Positions 24,586-36,775 of a stretch of DNA of 43,862 bases are shown here, in pieces (the stretch's first letter is position 1; every line of letters begins with the position of its first letter). The translations under genes were made by a program, and so were the position numbers. Below the pieces are notes generated by a model. It ran no database searches and was not told the DNA's origin. It saw only the letters and a list, made by a program, of their open reading frames with translations. The stretch lies in contig JYFJ02003302.1 in NCBI GenBank assembly GCA_000934665.2, positions 1 to 43,862 of the forward strand, written 5' to 3'. The stretch comes from Catajapyx aquilonaris. Its lineage: Eukaryota.

Positions 24586-25165
24586 ACGTAGAGTGTTCCA
24601 TGTATGGAGTAATTTTTAGCTATCGCTATAACACTTGCTGTTACTTTTTTGAAGCTTTATGCACCCTGACCCAGGTCCCCAATTATTACTCATACTGGTT
24701 GAATGTAGCAGGTGCTATATACAAGAGGGCACCCCGATCATGGCGCAGCAATGGACAAACAATAACAGTTTCAGGTGAAATTTCCCATAACTAAAGAAAC
24801 CTGCACACTTTGAACACCATATACTTGTATGTGTGTCTCATGATTCCAATAACTTTCTTTACACTAGCTGTTTTCTTGCCTTCCAAACTGGTACAAAATT
24901 ATATCACTTTTTACATCAATTTTCTAACATATTCCCTTACTCCCTCCTCACTTTACTTGCACCTAGGAATAACTAGTTGCAGTCCACTGCAATGACAGCA
25001 ACAACCTGACCTTGTCTTGATTTCCCTTTACATTCTATTAATAACTTGTACACACTATCTTTTGAGATTGCTCCCACTGACTGCCCAATCTAGTGTCAGC
25101 ATCTGCACAACTCACTAAACAACCAGCCATGATAAATCAACGAAAACGTAAGAACACAACAATAC

Positions 25166-25315
25166 CTGGAATTCTAGAGTGGCCTGGATACCCTTTTCGA
25201 TATCCTGATAGAAGCACTCCTTGGCATTGTCTGGCAGTTCAAATGTCAGCTCAACCCCTAACACTGGGAAAAGCAGGGCCAAGAAAGCGAACGAGGTGAA
25301 GAGGCCAAGCCCCAT
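25166..25315 (-). CDS. TMED7: TMED7/p24-gamma exon 1 (signal peptide, start of GOLD); 209 aa total
   Basis: [50 protein letters not shown] then a GT donor; matches the TMED7/TMED3 family. Confidence 0.96.
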
Positions 25316-25422
25316 AACCGCTGTTCTTGGGTAGAAACCGTACGAGTCAAAACCGATCAGCACCAGCTCATCTTTTTCTCGGGCCTGACCGAGCGGCGAC
25401 AGAAGACGTGGCCGGAACTAGA

Positions 25423-25435
25423 GCCCTCTGGTGGC
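25423..25435 (-). promoter_or_regulatory. CTCF-like motif in the CpG-rich TMED7 promoter region
   Basis: GCCACCAGAGGGC on the - strand, about 110 nt upstream of the ATG; motif match only. Confidence 0.35.
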
Positions 25436-26569
25436 GCGACCACCGAACTTAACGACCGTATCCTCAACGACTCAAACAGTTAGTAGAGTGGTGCTGCAGC
25501 GGCCATTTCTCAGTGGCCAATCCTGCAAGGAAATTTATTTGCCGCACTGACCGTGGCCGCACTTCCCAGACACAGTGCTAGATTGGCTAGACCCCAATAT
25601 ACTTTTCTTATTAGTAACATCACTAACATGTGGTAATAACATATATAATATGTCACCTGAAGGCTGAAGCCCACCTGAACTCGCCTGAACTTAACATATA
25701 TAATTAATTCCCATTGTTTTCCCCAGGATACAAATTCTAGCAGAGTTTGGCACCGGCATTCCAGTATGCTAGTCCCACTCTAGTGAAAAGAACCAGCAGC
25801 AGCCTTGACCACATGGCATGGCAGGCCACTGAGAGCAGCAAGAACTTGACAGACGATGACCAAACAAAAATTCATTCTGGAAAACTGAAAGGTAATTATA
25901 ACCAATATTGAGAAGTTTTACCATCCATCCCAATTTGATATGTCTTGGGCATTTATTGCAGACTTGCAGTGTTTTACTTGCCACAGCTGGAGATAGCAGA
26001 TTCCCAAGTGCTGTAAGTTACACATAAATTTTTAGTGACATGTTATTATAAATTATTGGCTCCTATGACGACTTCAGACAGCTCCTGGATGAGTACCAAC
26101 AATGGAGGGTGCCAGGAGTGCAACAGGACAGTTCTTGGAACCATTGGAAGACTTTATGCGGATGGTGAAGGAATGGGATGGTGCATGGTGATGCCATGAG
26201 CAGGAAGCCCGTCAGATCTGCTTGAAAGCCAATCACAAGCCGCAATAAGCTCTGTGCATCCTGGTGAGGGCTGTAGGGTCGTTCTGGCCATGTCAGCTCT
26301 TATAGTGGACATATCCTGGTGTTCACGCATCTTTGGGTGGGAGGAGTCCTCCCACCCACCATGGGATGCCATTGGGATTTGGGAAACCACCATAAGCCCC
26401 TTGGCTCTCGGAGATGAAGAGGCGTCACAGCCAACACAGGGGAGGCACGCCGGCGGACCTTCACGAGATGGGAGGCTGAGGGGCTAGCAGTGAGTGGCCT
26501 TCCACGTGTGCTGATTTAGTAGCAAGCACAATTTTAAGGCGAAAATCTCCCTCCCCGAGGTTTTCTCCA

Positions 26570-26911
26570 GCATGTCAAGGGTGATGGAGGACACGTCATT
26601 ATTTGGGGTGTCCACTTTAGTTGCATATACTCTGTTTTGGAGTTGTGGAAAGGTGTAATGTCCAGCACTTCTGTGATCGACTTAAGCTCGGCTACCCACC
26701 ACACAACGTGCGTTTTTCCCTCTGTAGATGCTATGTTTGCATTTTCCGACAGCATCCCCCACAGGAGCCGCACCACATCACATAGGCCGTTCCAAAAATT
26801 CAGGATGAAACTTGTTGAGTCTTCAGATCGTTTAAACAACCAAAACCTTAAATACTCTGCATTTCTATTTTTTACTGCTCTTTGAAGCTAGGAAGGTTCA
26901 TTTACACCCTG
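26570..26911 (+). mobile_element. Decayed Tc1 transposase fragment with right terminus
   Basis: VKGDGGHVIIWG...GVMSS...PHRSRTT...DRLNN resembles the Tc1 DDE domain (VKHGGGSVMVWG...SPDLN); CACCCTG|TA near 26905-26913. Confidence 0.65.
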
Positions 26912-27662
26912 TATATCATACTAAGGTATCTAAGGGACATTGAATATTCAGTTTCTTGTTCTCATTTTTATCCCCCACTCCCATAGATCGCCAGGTGGAA
27001 AACGAGTTGGTGGACATAGAAGACCCCTGACAGATTTCTAACCAGCACATGATCCAAACTTTTCACTGCTATCCTGGATATCCAGACCTACAATTACTTG
27101 TGCCTACCTGGAAAAAGTGGCTTCCAGGTGTATGGATCTGCCGCAGTTAGGGGTCAAGGACATAGAAATGATTAAGAAAAAGGCACCCAGGAAACCATGT
27201 AAGCCAAATATTTGTTGATCATACATGACCTCTGACGCCCCAAGCAAAAACCCTGTATGTGTGGTTTTTGTCATTTCGAGATAATCGCATTTGAAGTTCA
27301 CGTGCCTGCATTGCATCATATACATACATGGTTTTACTATGTCCCTAACTTTGCAATGGAGGCTCGTAGAGAAACGAGGTTGCTACCATTACGTGGGCAG
27401 CATAAAGGGGAGTGGAGTGGTATGCTTATCTGAACATACATGGTTTTTGCACGTGCAGGGTTTTTGCTTGTGGCGTCAGATCTAGTCTGATTGATTGAAT
27501 TACCTTACAGAGTCTGCTGATGAAGTGCAATGCTTGAAAGCAAGGGTTTTGGAAGATATTGAAATATTACGTAAGGACCACTCCGAGGAAACCGGCTGCC
27601 TGAGGTGTTCACTAATAGAAAATTGACCCATTGATGCTGATAGACTCCCAACTAATTTATAC

Positions 27663-28074
27663 GAGACTGAAGCAGTTTGGTGGAGTGGATAAGGTGTTAG
27701 ACTGCTAATCAGAAGGTCCCGGGTTCGAGTCCCGGGGCCGGCAATCCTAACCGTGGTTTTCTGTGGTTTCCCACGGTCCCCCAGGAGAATTCCGGGATTG
27801 CTTCCTAAATAATAGGCCACAGCTGCTTCCTTCCTTTCTTATCCTTGTCCTGTCCATGAGGAGGTGTGGTGTCGGTGGGGGGGGTTTCTGACCTGCATCT
27901 AGGGGGTCATCTTGGCGAATGGAGGGACTGCACACGACCCCCACCATGAGACATTAGACTTGCACCAGTGTCCCCCCCCTCATTATCCCTATCCTGTCCC
28001 CTGCACCGGATGGTGGTATTCCACTCCCCTAAGAGGGCCTAGGGCCCTAGCACGGGGTACAAAAAAAAACAACC
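27663..28074 (+). mobile_element. tRNA-derived SINE, family B (insect-type core)
   Basis: A and B boxes (TGGTGGAGTGG; GGTTCGAGTCC); core GTGGTTTTCTGTGGTTTCCC...GGCCACAGCTGCTTCCTTCC; A-rich tail; 11-bp TSD CTAATTTATAC. Confidence 0.9.
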
Positions 28075-28983
28075 CTAATTTATACATAGAAAAACTGATC
28101 TGAAGGATGATCGCTTGTGATTTGGTGGGTGTCTCTCCAGTATTCTGCAAGCATGGCATTAGCATTTAATTATTTTCTTTTCTTGTATACATAGTTTTCC
28201 TTCCCCGAATCAGCTTGAGATTGTGATGCACAGATAATCCACAAGACCACAACACGAATAATCGGGAGTACAGTGTATTACACCTCAGCACAGCGTGCCA
28301 ATAACTGTGCCGGATTGCAAAATAGGTAGTCAAAACAGGAAAATGTAATTGGATTTGCTTGAAATTTCTTGTCATGGAGTTGTCTAGGTCATAGATTTCA
28401 AATCTACAAGTAAAATGGCTACATCAAAATGGTGGATCCAATGTGGTGGACAAATATGGCGAAATTTGCTTCATGTTGTTTGAGATGACTACTTTCAAAT
28501 GTAATATGAAAAAATTATATTAAAGATCGCTGATACAATATTGTGGACAAATGTGTAAAATATTATTTGATGCACATGACACATGGAAACCTATTATAAG
28601 GATTTTAAAATTTGCAGAGTATGAAAATATCCTTGGTACACCATACGTCCATAACTTTTAGTACTGGTACCAGTACTTTAATGAAGGGGGACTTTACCTA
28701 CCAAGAAATTATAAGTCCTCACACTTGCTGGAATTTCCAGTTTCATCAGTATCTCACATTGCCCCTAGTCTCCTAGAGCATCAAGAGGTTCTAACAGCTT
28801 CAAAACTTCGCATGGAAAAGACTAGCTTCCTGTTGCAGAAGTGTTCTGAGACTTGATACAGCTGGTCAGTGGTGAAAATATTGTAGGCATTCCAGGGTAT
28901 ATTTGTTCATTGTAATAAAAGAAGTGGGGCATATTCTCGCACCATGCAAAGAGGTAGCCAACATCACTAGCTTCAAGGAAATA

Positions 28984-29690
28984 CAGGGTCATCGAAATAG
29001 AATGCCCATTTTAAAAACCATATAACTCGAAAACTTGCAGACTTATCTTAATGATTTAAGTTTTGAAATACTAAGAAAGGTCAAAAGTTTTGGTCTCACC
29101 TTAGTTTGTTTCGATATGAACTTCATTTGTCGCTCGGCAGATAAAAAAGGCAGTAATCGGTGTCGTGTCAAACCCGCTCAATCATATATGGAGTTGCCGT
29201 TGCAATCCTATTTCATAGGCCCTGCATATGATGGGTATTTACACCATACACATTGTTCTAGATGATGCACATAAAAAGTCGCCTCATACATGAAACAAAC
29301 CTGCCGTAGGATGTAGGAAAGTTTCATTTGTTCAGCCTCCCAGTGTGCCAAGTCTTGAATGAGGAGTTTCCCAATGCCTAGCCCCCCAAGAAGCCCAGAT
29401 CTTACCCCAGTTGACTTTTTTGTGGAGATTCAAGTGAAAAGATTTGCCATCTCCATCACCTACGGGAAAAGATTTCAACGCTGACGCCAGACATCAGCAG
29501 GTTAGGCAAGACACTGATTACTGTATTTACATTTTTCGAGGGACACAAGGAGCTTATATTGAAACAAACTATGGTAAGACCAAAACGTTAGATATTTCTT
29601 AACATTTCACAACTGAACTTATTAAGATATCTCTACAAGTTTTCGAATTGTAGGGTTTTAAAATTGGGACATTCTTTTTCGAAGACCCTG
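28984..29690 (+). mobile_element. Deleted mariner-like element
   Basis: TA|CAGGGTCATCGAAATAGAATGCCC ... GGGACATTCTTTTTCGAAGACCCTG|TA; remnant PPRSPDLTPVDFF. Confidence 0.88.
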
Positions 29691-30585
29691 TAGATAGTGT
29701 AGAAGGTAAAAAGATTTAGTTGCTTCAGGCAATTTTTTCTAGTGGTAATCATATGATATAACATTGTATGCATAGTTATTCCTGTCTGCTTTCCAAGTTG
29801 TGAAAATCAGGGTGTAAAATTGGCGAATTTGCAACTTTGAAATGGTCCTAGCTAATTGGAAGGTGCAAGATTTTGTTAAAAATTTTTTACATCCATGGTA
29901 GAACTTGCCCAAAATTTAGAGGCACAAATGAGCGAAAATTGACGTTGACATGTGACTCGAACCTGAGAGCATAACTGACGAAAAATTATCTACCAAGGGT
30001 TTAACAAAGATGTTGATGCCAACAATTAAGTACCACCAAGATGGTACCACTGAACAATGTCAACATCCTTGGTATATCATCTATTACTACATTCCAAATG
30101 TAACCATTTGGGCACAACATACGTGTATTTTTTCAAGAATTTCCCCTGAAAATCAATCTTTCCTGACAGTGCAGTGAGTAGACCAAAAAAATTAAGTACC
30201 CCCACAGACAGGTACTGTACGTAAAGGGTGGGGGCTGGAGACAGATACTTCTGCCGCATTGACCACCTGAATAATATGACTGCTTCCTCCCACCATTGAA
30301 GGTGTCATAACACTGCATAACACACACAGGAAATTATTTTTCACCCCTCGCCCTTCCCTCCAGTGAAGGAGTTGATAAATCTGTCATTGCCAAATGAAGG
30401 CCCTATAACTGTTTTTTTATTTTATTTTATAGTAAACCAATGAGATGATCTCGCATACCATATGGAATAGAGCAGTAGAATAAGCCTAGAATGCCGCCTG
30501 TTATTTTTTACTAATAAATACCATGTCAGTTTGAGCTGATATAAGTTATTAGCTCATTGGGCTTACTAATAAGCCACTCATGAAT

Positions 30586-30619
30586 TATCGATATATCGAT
30601 TTTATAGTACGTATCGATA
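30586..30619. promoter_or_regulatory. Cluster of DRE (TATCGATA) motifs upstream of the third gene
   Basis: TATCGATA at 30586-30593 and 30612-30619, TATCGATT at 30594-30601, at the edge of a CpG-rich region. Confidence 0.6.
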
Positions 30620-31199
30620 TATTCTTGCGTCGATTGAGTATTTTCATTGAACTATTTTTACACCACACCTAATCCGTGGCCGGGATTATTGTACATTTTA
30701 TTTCACCGTGATTTTTACAGTTCGTTTCTTGAGGTCCGTTTTGACCGTGGTTTTGACAAATGGGATGAACCACAGACGATACGATATCACAATGGTACAC
30801 GTTTATCGGTTTTATGTCCATCAAAAATAAGATGACGGTTGTGTTTACCCCAGGGTAGAAACAACCAGGTGGTCATAAGAAACCACGGAAGAAACGGCCG
30901 AGGAAAAAAGAAAACAACGATTATGATAACCATGATGTAGTGGCGAGGGTTCACTCACACTCACTTCTCTTCATGATGGCCGTGGCGAAAATGGGAACTA
31001 TCCTCCAGCAAACTATATAGAGTACCCTGATTCTATGAGAAAAACATGGCTGCAAGCAGTTAATGGCCGCCATTGTGGGTCCATTTACGTGAGAAGCAGG
31101 TAAAATCCGCAAAAATACGTGCCAAATAAATGCTCTTTAGCAGGCGCTAAATACCGAAAGGAAGACCATAAAAACCATGCTGTAAAAGTGTAGCAGCAC

Positions 31200-31409
31200 G
31201 CAATGTGCTGGTATCAAGCGGGCCGAAGATTCATCGATCGGCCCTACCCTCGTCCATAGACATTGCTGCGAAGACTGAATCGATTGTTTAGTGTGGGACT
31301 GTGGGCGTGCGTTCATTCTTCTCCCCTTGGGATTGTTGTAACGAACGGGAGAAATCGGGCAGGAGTATGTGCCGTCGGGTCTCGCTCAGCTGACTACGTG
31401 GTTGGGATG
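31200..31409 (+). other. Probable first exon of an unidentified gene (contains uORF MCRRVSLS*, ends ATG|GTAAGT)
   Basis: CpG-rich region after the DRE cluster; consensus donor GTAAGT at 31410. The 5' boundary is approximate. Confidence 0.55.
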
Positions 31410-32616
31410 GTAAGTCATGGTATTGTTTGCACGTGTGACCCTTTGTATTACTCATGATTCGGATGTAAATATCGGGTCCATGTGTTTGCATTGGGCATTG
31501 TGACAGGCGTATGTGCCCGTGTGTGCGTAGGGTTTATAGTGCGGTGTTAGGGACTGGAGGCGACGTTGGACATACTGTGTGCGTCCGATAAATGTTGGTG
31601 GCCAACTTCGAAGTACCGATATGCAAGCTGCATTGTAGCTGTGTTACGTGGTCATGGGTAGGTTTGTGTTTGTGAGGGCTGCGTAGCATGTGATGAAGAG
31701 TCCAAAAAATGCTTGCCAGTGCATAGAGAGGCATTATAATTTTGTGATTTATTGACCATGATCTGCGCAGGATATAATGTAATTTATTGCACAGAACTTC
31801 CAAGTCTGTGTTAATATGCGTACTGTTGTCCACGTGCAGGGGTATACTAATGCTATAGCTTTAATAATTCAAAATTAATAATTAATATTACGTGATGTAG
31901 TATTTCTATTCTGCTGTAAAAGTTTAATGCTTTGTGTTGCAATTGCCATAATACATTTCGCAACAAAGTGGATTGTAAAAGCTATTTATACTGCACTGTG
32001 CAACAGAACTGCCATATTCTCACAGCCTGTACACTCGCCCATTTTCATTGTAGCATTATTTTAGTATGGTACCAGAAGCATTCCAAAAAATTTGGCAAGG
32101 ATCAAAATTACAGAAATCTACCTCGGTTATTGCAACATGCCGGCCACCCCTGGGTTATACTGGCATGCTGGTCGACCTCGTTTTATACCGGCGTGCCGCA
32201 ATATGAGAGGTAATACAGTAGTTGGTTTTACTTGCGTTGCCTGGGTCTGTGGGGAACTTGGGTGAATGGGAAGGAAGTTACAGGTACATTTGATGCAATT
32301 GCTCAAATTGAACGTTTTGTTTGTTCACTGAGATTAGACTAGTGGAAATCCCAATAGAGATGAGTTAGCCGATGTGTAACACTGCATGAGATGAAAAATG
32401 GTTAAAAGTCTGGGTATTGGATCAAACCTGGGTTTCTTCCATTCGTAAGTGCACAAGTTATGCCAGTATTTGCCTCCCCACCAAATCTGTATTAAAAGAC
32501 ACAAGTTTCCAGCCATTAGGAAATTTTCTTCGTGATTGTTAACCTTCTGAAGGCTATAGTTTTCAAACTGAAAAGGCATTATGTTATTGTTATAGCAATT
32601 ATTAATTGACGATGTG

Positions 32617-32792
32617 CAGTAAAACCTTTATATAATGCTCCCACATATAACGCTTGATCCCGCTTTTAACTCCCCTTATTTCCAGTCCCTTTATCATTTC
32701 CGTAAGGTAAATTTTCCCACATATAACGCTATCTCGCTTGTAATGCTACTTTTTGGCAGTCCCTTGAAGAGCGTTATATCGAGGTTTTACTG
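32617..32792. mobile_element. pogo/Tigger-type MITE
   Basis: CAGTAAAACCTTTATATAATGCTC ... GAGCGTTATATCGAGGTTTTACTG|TA. Confidence 0.8.
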
Positions 32793-34248
32793 TAATAGAT
32801 GATCAAATGATAAGACAGTCAGAAGTAATATGAAGGACACCTTTTTCTATTGATTTTGCTGTGAGAGACTGTTTTTAGTGGAGGTGATTCTTGATAATGC
32901 CAAGTGAAACTCAGTTTTTTTTCTTTTTTTCTTTTAGTTGGGGGCATCCATGCCTAAAATTTGCAAATTGCTATTTTAAAGAATTAAAATCAACACAGAA
33001 GATGACAGGAACCTTCAATAATATAATTTGTGTTAAAATTAGTAGGTGACACAATTTTTGGAATGACAAATTGTCCCCCCCTACCACTGACATGTAATGA
33101 AATGATACCTGAGGGATTGGCTCTGCTTGTCTGATCTATTGTTCTAGTGTCTGTTCTGGAAAAGTCTGCCATACTTCGGGAGGATTACAACTTTAATTTG
33201 AGTGTAGAAAATGCTGAAGTTGTGCCACAATCAGTTTTGATTTCATTGGTAAGAATCAGGTGCAAAACTGAATCACAATGGCACCATTTTGCTAGGGAAC
33301 TCAAAAACTGCAATCCCACAAATAGCAGGGTGAGGTACATGCTATCTGAAGGAGAAAGTTAGCGTTCCTTATAATTGTCACAGTCTTCAAATGCTATCTT
33401 AATTCATTGCTGAAAGATTTTAGTTGGTAATTACACCAAAGATGCAAAAATTACTGGGCTTAGGCATTTGCGCATGCCTGGGCTCCCTAATTCAAGCCTT
33501 AGATCACAAGTGTTGTTCCATGTGGGGAAGAAGAGTTTATAAATGAAGGTTATTTTAACATCAGTTTGTAAAGAGATTTAGTACCCACTACTGTGATTAT
33601 GGTTGATTTTTGTAGAAATACTTTCTGTCAAATAATAGCTGCAAGAGACAGAATTTGTTGCTAAAAACTCGTCGCCAGGAATGGTGGACATCGGCCTTGG
33701 TACTCCTGTGCCCAGAGCAGTGTAAAACAGCTGTAACTCGGTTAATTTTCATCGAATTAATTTTATTTTTCAATGTACACTCCTGCTTACCCTGATGGTT
33801 CTAAAAAATTAATATTATAATAATGTTTGGAAGTAATTGGTGTCCGGTTCCACTTCTGAGGTTTTGCATTGCATTTTGCTCTTGGGCCCGAAAAAACTAC
33901 TTCCAATTGAAATATTTCTTTTATCTCAAAGTGTACATGAAATATGCGATGGGTGTGACATAATGCCACTTCCATATTTAAGATTGGTCCACGAAAAAGT
34001 GAGATCATGGTGTCCGTTCCACCGGCACGATGTCCACCATTTCTGGCGACGTGTTGTTTAGGGTAACAGACATACTATAATGAAGTTTAAAGGAAGTGCT
34101 TTGCACACATGTAAAAATAACCCATTTTGTGAGGGAATGGACCAACAATTATAGGACCTTAACCACACATATAGGACACTCATAGTGCAAAGAGAAATCC
34201 ATAGTTCATGCTGTACAGTATTCTCCCTATATCCACAGTGTGGAAATA

Positions 34249-34832
34249 CAGTAAAACTTTATAAGTCGAATCTCCATGGGACCGGGAACAAACTTCGAGT
34301 TATAGAAGATTCGAGTTAGAGAAGTCTGGCTTTTTTAAAGCACAACTCTATAAGGAAGCCTACCTTTATATCCAGCGACGAAAGGTGTTCAAAACTTTAA
34401 AATAACTGTCACTAGCACACTTACAATGTTCCTCGTTTTGTTGTAAAAAAAACAACCTCCGTTATGGACATTTTTGCTTACTCGTAGATTCAAGGATTCA
34501 ATTGTCACAATCTAGTCAAACACTTCTTTCGGTACGTCTGGTAGAAGGATATCAGGAAATTGAGCCTTTCTGTACATGTGGCCTACTCTCGACCCTTCGG
34601 CTGGGAAGTGAGAAAATTTTCCGTACTCACCAACATGAACTTCGACTTAGGGAGACTGAAAATGCATTGATATCCCATCGTAAGGCCCTGCCAGCACTTC
34701 GAGTTATGGAGAACTTCGAGTTATAGAAATTCAAGTTAGGGATGTTTATTTCCTATTCTTTTACATTGTGACCAACCAAGCTCACGATTTTCTTCGACTT
34801 ATAGAGAACTTCGACTTATAGAAGTTTTACTA
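34249..34832. mobile_element. pogo/Tigger-type MITE, inverted copy of 21372-21940
   Basis: The ORF track shows the same internal text (HELRLRETENALISHRKALPA) on opposite strands; same termini. Confidence 0.92.
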
Positions 34833-35871
34833 TATTAAATAAATATTAAATTTAGAAAATCCAATGCATTTTAAAAATTCAGTGCAGTACTGTATTGTTA
34901 TAACTATTTTGTTGCTGTTTTGTTTGATGTATTAATGGTCATCATTTAAAAATTAAACTGAATTGTAGGTTGTTTTATGTATGTTTAAAAGAGTATATTA
35001 TATAGGGTTTGGTATAATCTGTAGTTTCAAGCATCCATGAGTGGGCTTGAAACCTATCCCCGTGGATCGAGGGAGAATATTGTATTTTCTCTAGAAAATC
35101 AATTTATATGAAGTGCTTCAACTGGGATGCAGGATTGAAATGACTTGCTTTTGCAGACTTTTTGACGTGATATTTAGGACTAACCACACGTTTCCCACTC
35201 TTGGACTCTTGGAGTTTTGTAATGACTTTAGAATGTAGAAGCCCATTTCCTATGCTTCTCCCTAAGCATGATGTGTGAGTCCTTTTTTGGGGGGAGGGGG
35301 TGGGGTTGTGAATGAAAGGAAATATGTAAAATAATTACATTCAAAATTAATATCAAGAGGCTCACATATGCTTCACCCTCCAAAGGTAAATGGTCCTTTC
35401 TAGAGTAATTATAATGGCAAAATTCATAAAACTGTGAATGGTCCCATGTGGCATATACAGCACTAGTTGGAATGGTACAATGGTGGTTGAGCAAAGGGAA
35501 TGAAGGGGGGGTTGCCAGTGAAAAGTGTGGGAAGCACTGGCATGTTGCCCCCAGGCAGCACTCCTGATTTCACCACCTCTTCTGATGAGAAATCCCTCCA
35601 GCCAGAGCTTGTTTCAGCGAGCCAAAGTTGTTACTCGTGGATGAAAGGACAGCTGACTGAATGGGAGGACAGGATTGTTCCAAGACTTCCCAGAGTTTTG
35701 ACAGTAACTCATCTATGCAGTAAACCACCTTCCACAAGGGAGTAAAGCAAAAATGGTTTGACAGTGGGACAGTTAAATGTATTTCATTTTTATGTTGAAG
35801 TTATCAATATTAGCTGTTGATATGAGGTGGGATGGGTGCATCCTTTTAAACTAATGCAGGAAGATCTAGGC

Positions 35872-36020
35872 CAGCAATTCTTAACCTGGGGTGCGAGCAA
35901 GGTGTACCTCAGGACTTAGTCTAACTATGAACTTAATCAATCACCCCTGGTATAGGGGGTGCGACAAGGACCAACTGTCTTAAAAGGGGTGCGTAGACAC
36001 GAAAAGGTTAAGAACTGCTG
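35872..36020. mobile_element. hAT MITE
   Basis: CAGCAATTCTTAACCT ... AGGTTAAGAACTGCTG with a perfect 8-bp TSD ATCTAGGC. Confidence 0.9.
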
Positions 36021-36775
36021 ATCTAGGCTTTGGGTGCCTGTGAGTTGAAAGGGGATTCTCATAATGTCTTCAGCTGTACTAAAATAGAGACATTTGGACA
36101 CCACCTGCTACTGTTAGGATAAAAAGTAGTCATGGCTGCATACCAGTGCCCTGCTAGCGCGCATTTGGTGTCATAATATGAGGCCAGTGGGAAACTTCTT
36201 TTAATGACAATTTCTGCTTGTGCTCTTACACCAAGCAATGGCAAACCAGGCCATTGCATGTTTCTGTCTGGTGCTAATGCACAACTCCACTTCCCACCAA
36301 CTGGCAGAATAAGACTTTCTAGTCTCACTGCACTGACATAGCGAAATCATTACGAAGGAATGTTTCTCCCCCCTGTGAATTTCAGCCGGTTCTTGTCAGT
36401 CATGCATGTAACTAAAAATGTTTTTAATGCTTCTCAGTAAGGTTCCCTTGCATGCTCTTGTGTGCCTGCCCGAGTCACATTCGTTTGCTGGTTGACTGCC
36501 TCTGCATGCATTCTTAGTGCTGCAAAAAGGAGAGGTCAGGAAGAGCTAATGGCAGCTGGCAGGCAGGAAATAACAATGAATGTTTAGAAAAGCCGAGCAC
36601 AAAAAAAAGTGGGCACAGATGAGGCAATTTTTGGTAACCCCATCAGTCAAGTATGTCAGTCAGATTTTTTTATATATTTCAATTACATAACATCACATCG
36701 GACATGTTGGGAGGCAGGCACATGAAGGCCATTCATGATAACTGCATGTTCCGGGTTCTCGTTTATGCACTAGGC

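Larger units (their letters stand above)
26990..30290 (+). pseudogene. Decayed endogenous viral element: N-terminal half of a chuvirus/Mononegavirales-like L polymerase, interrupted by TEs
   Basis: LFIVIKEVGHI (28903-28935; GHP-like), LFLSAFQVVK...NWRICNF (29776-29838; WP-like), ITDEKLS (29971-29991; DKxxS-like), PKKLS..DRY...DRYF...NMT (about 30183-30281; motif F-like). Spacing is consistent once the 28984-29690 insertion is removed. Confidence 0.5.

Noticed and set aside
25316..25363. N-terminal extension of TMED7 shown in the ORF track
   Set aside because: It starts at a non-ATG codon; the ATG at 25315 already gives a normal signal peptide.
31391..31393. Selenocysteine interpretation of the in-frame UGA
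   Set aside because: No CxxU/UxxC motif or selenoprotein similarity, and the 3' UTR needed to look for a SECIS is outside the window.
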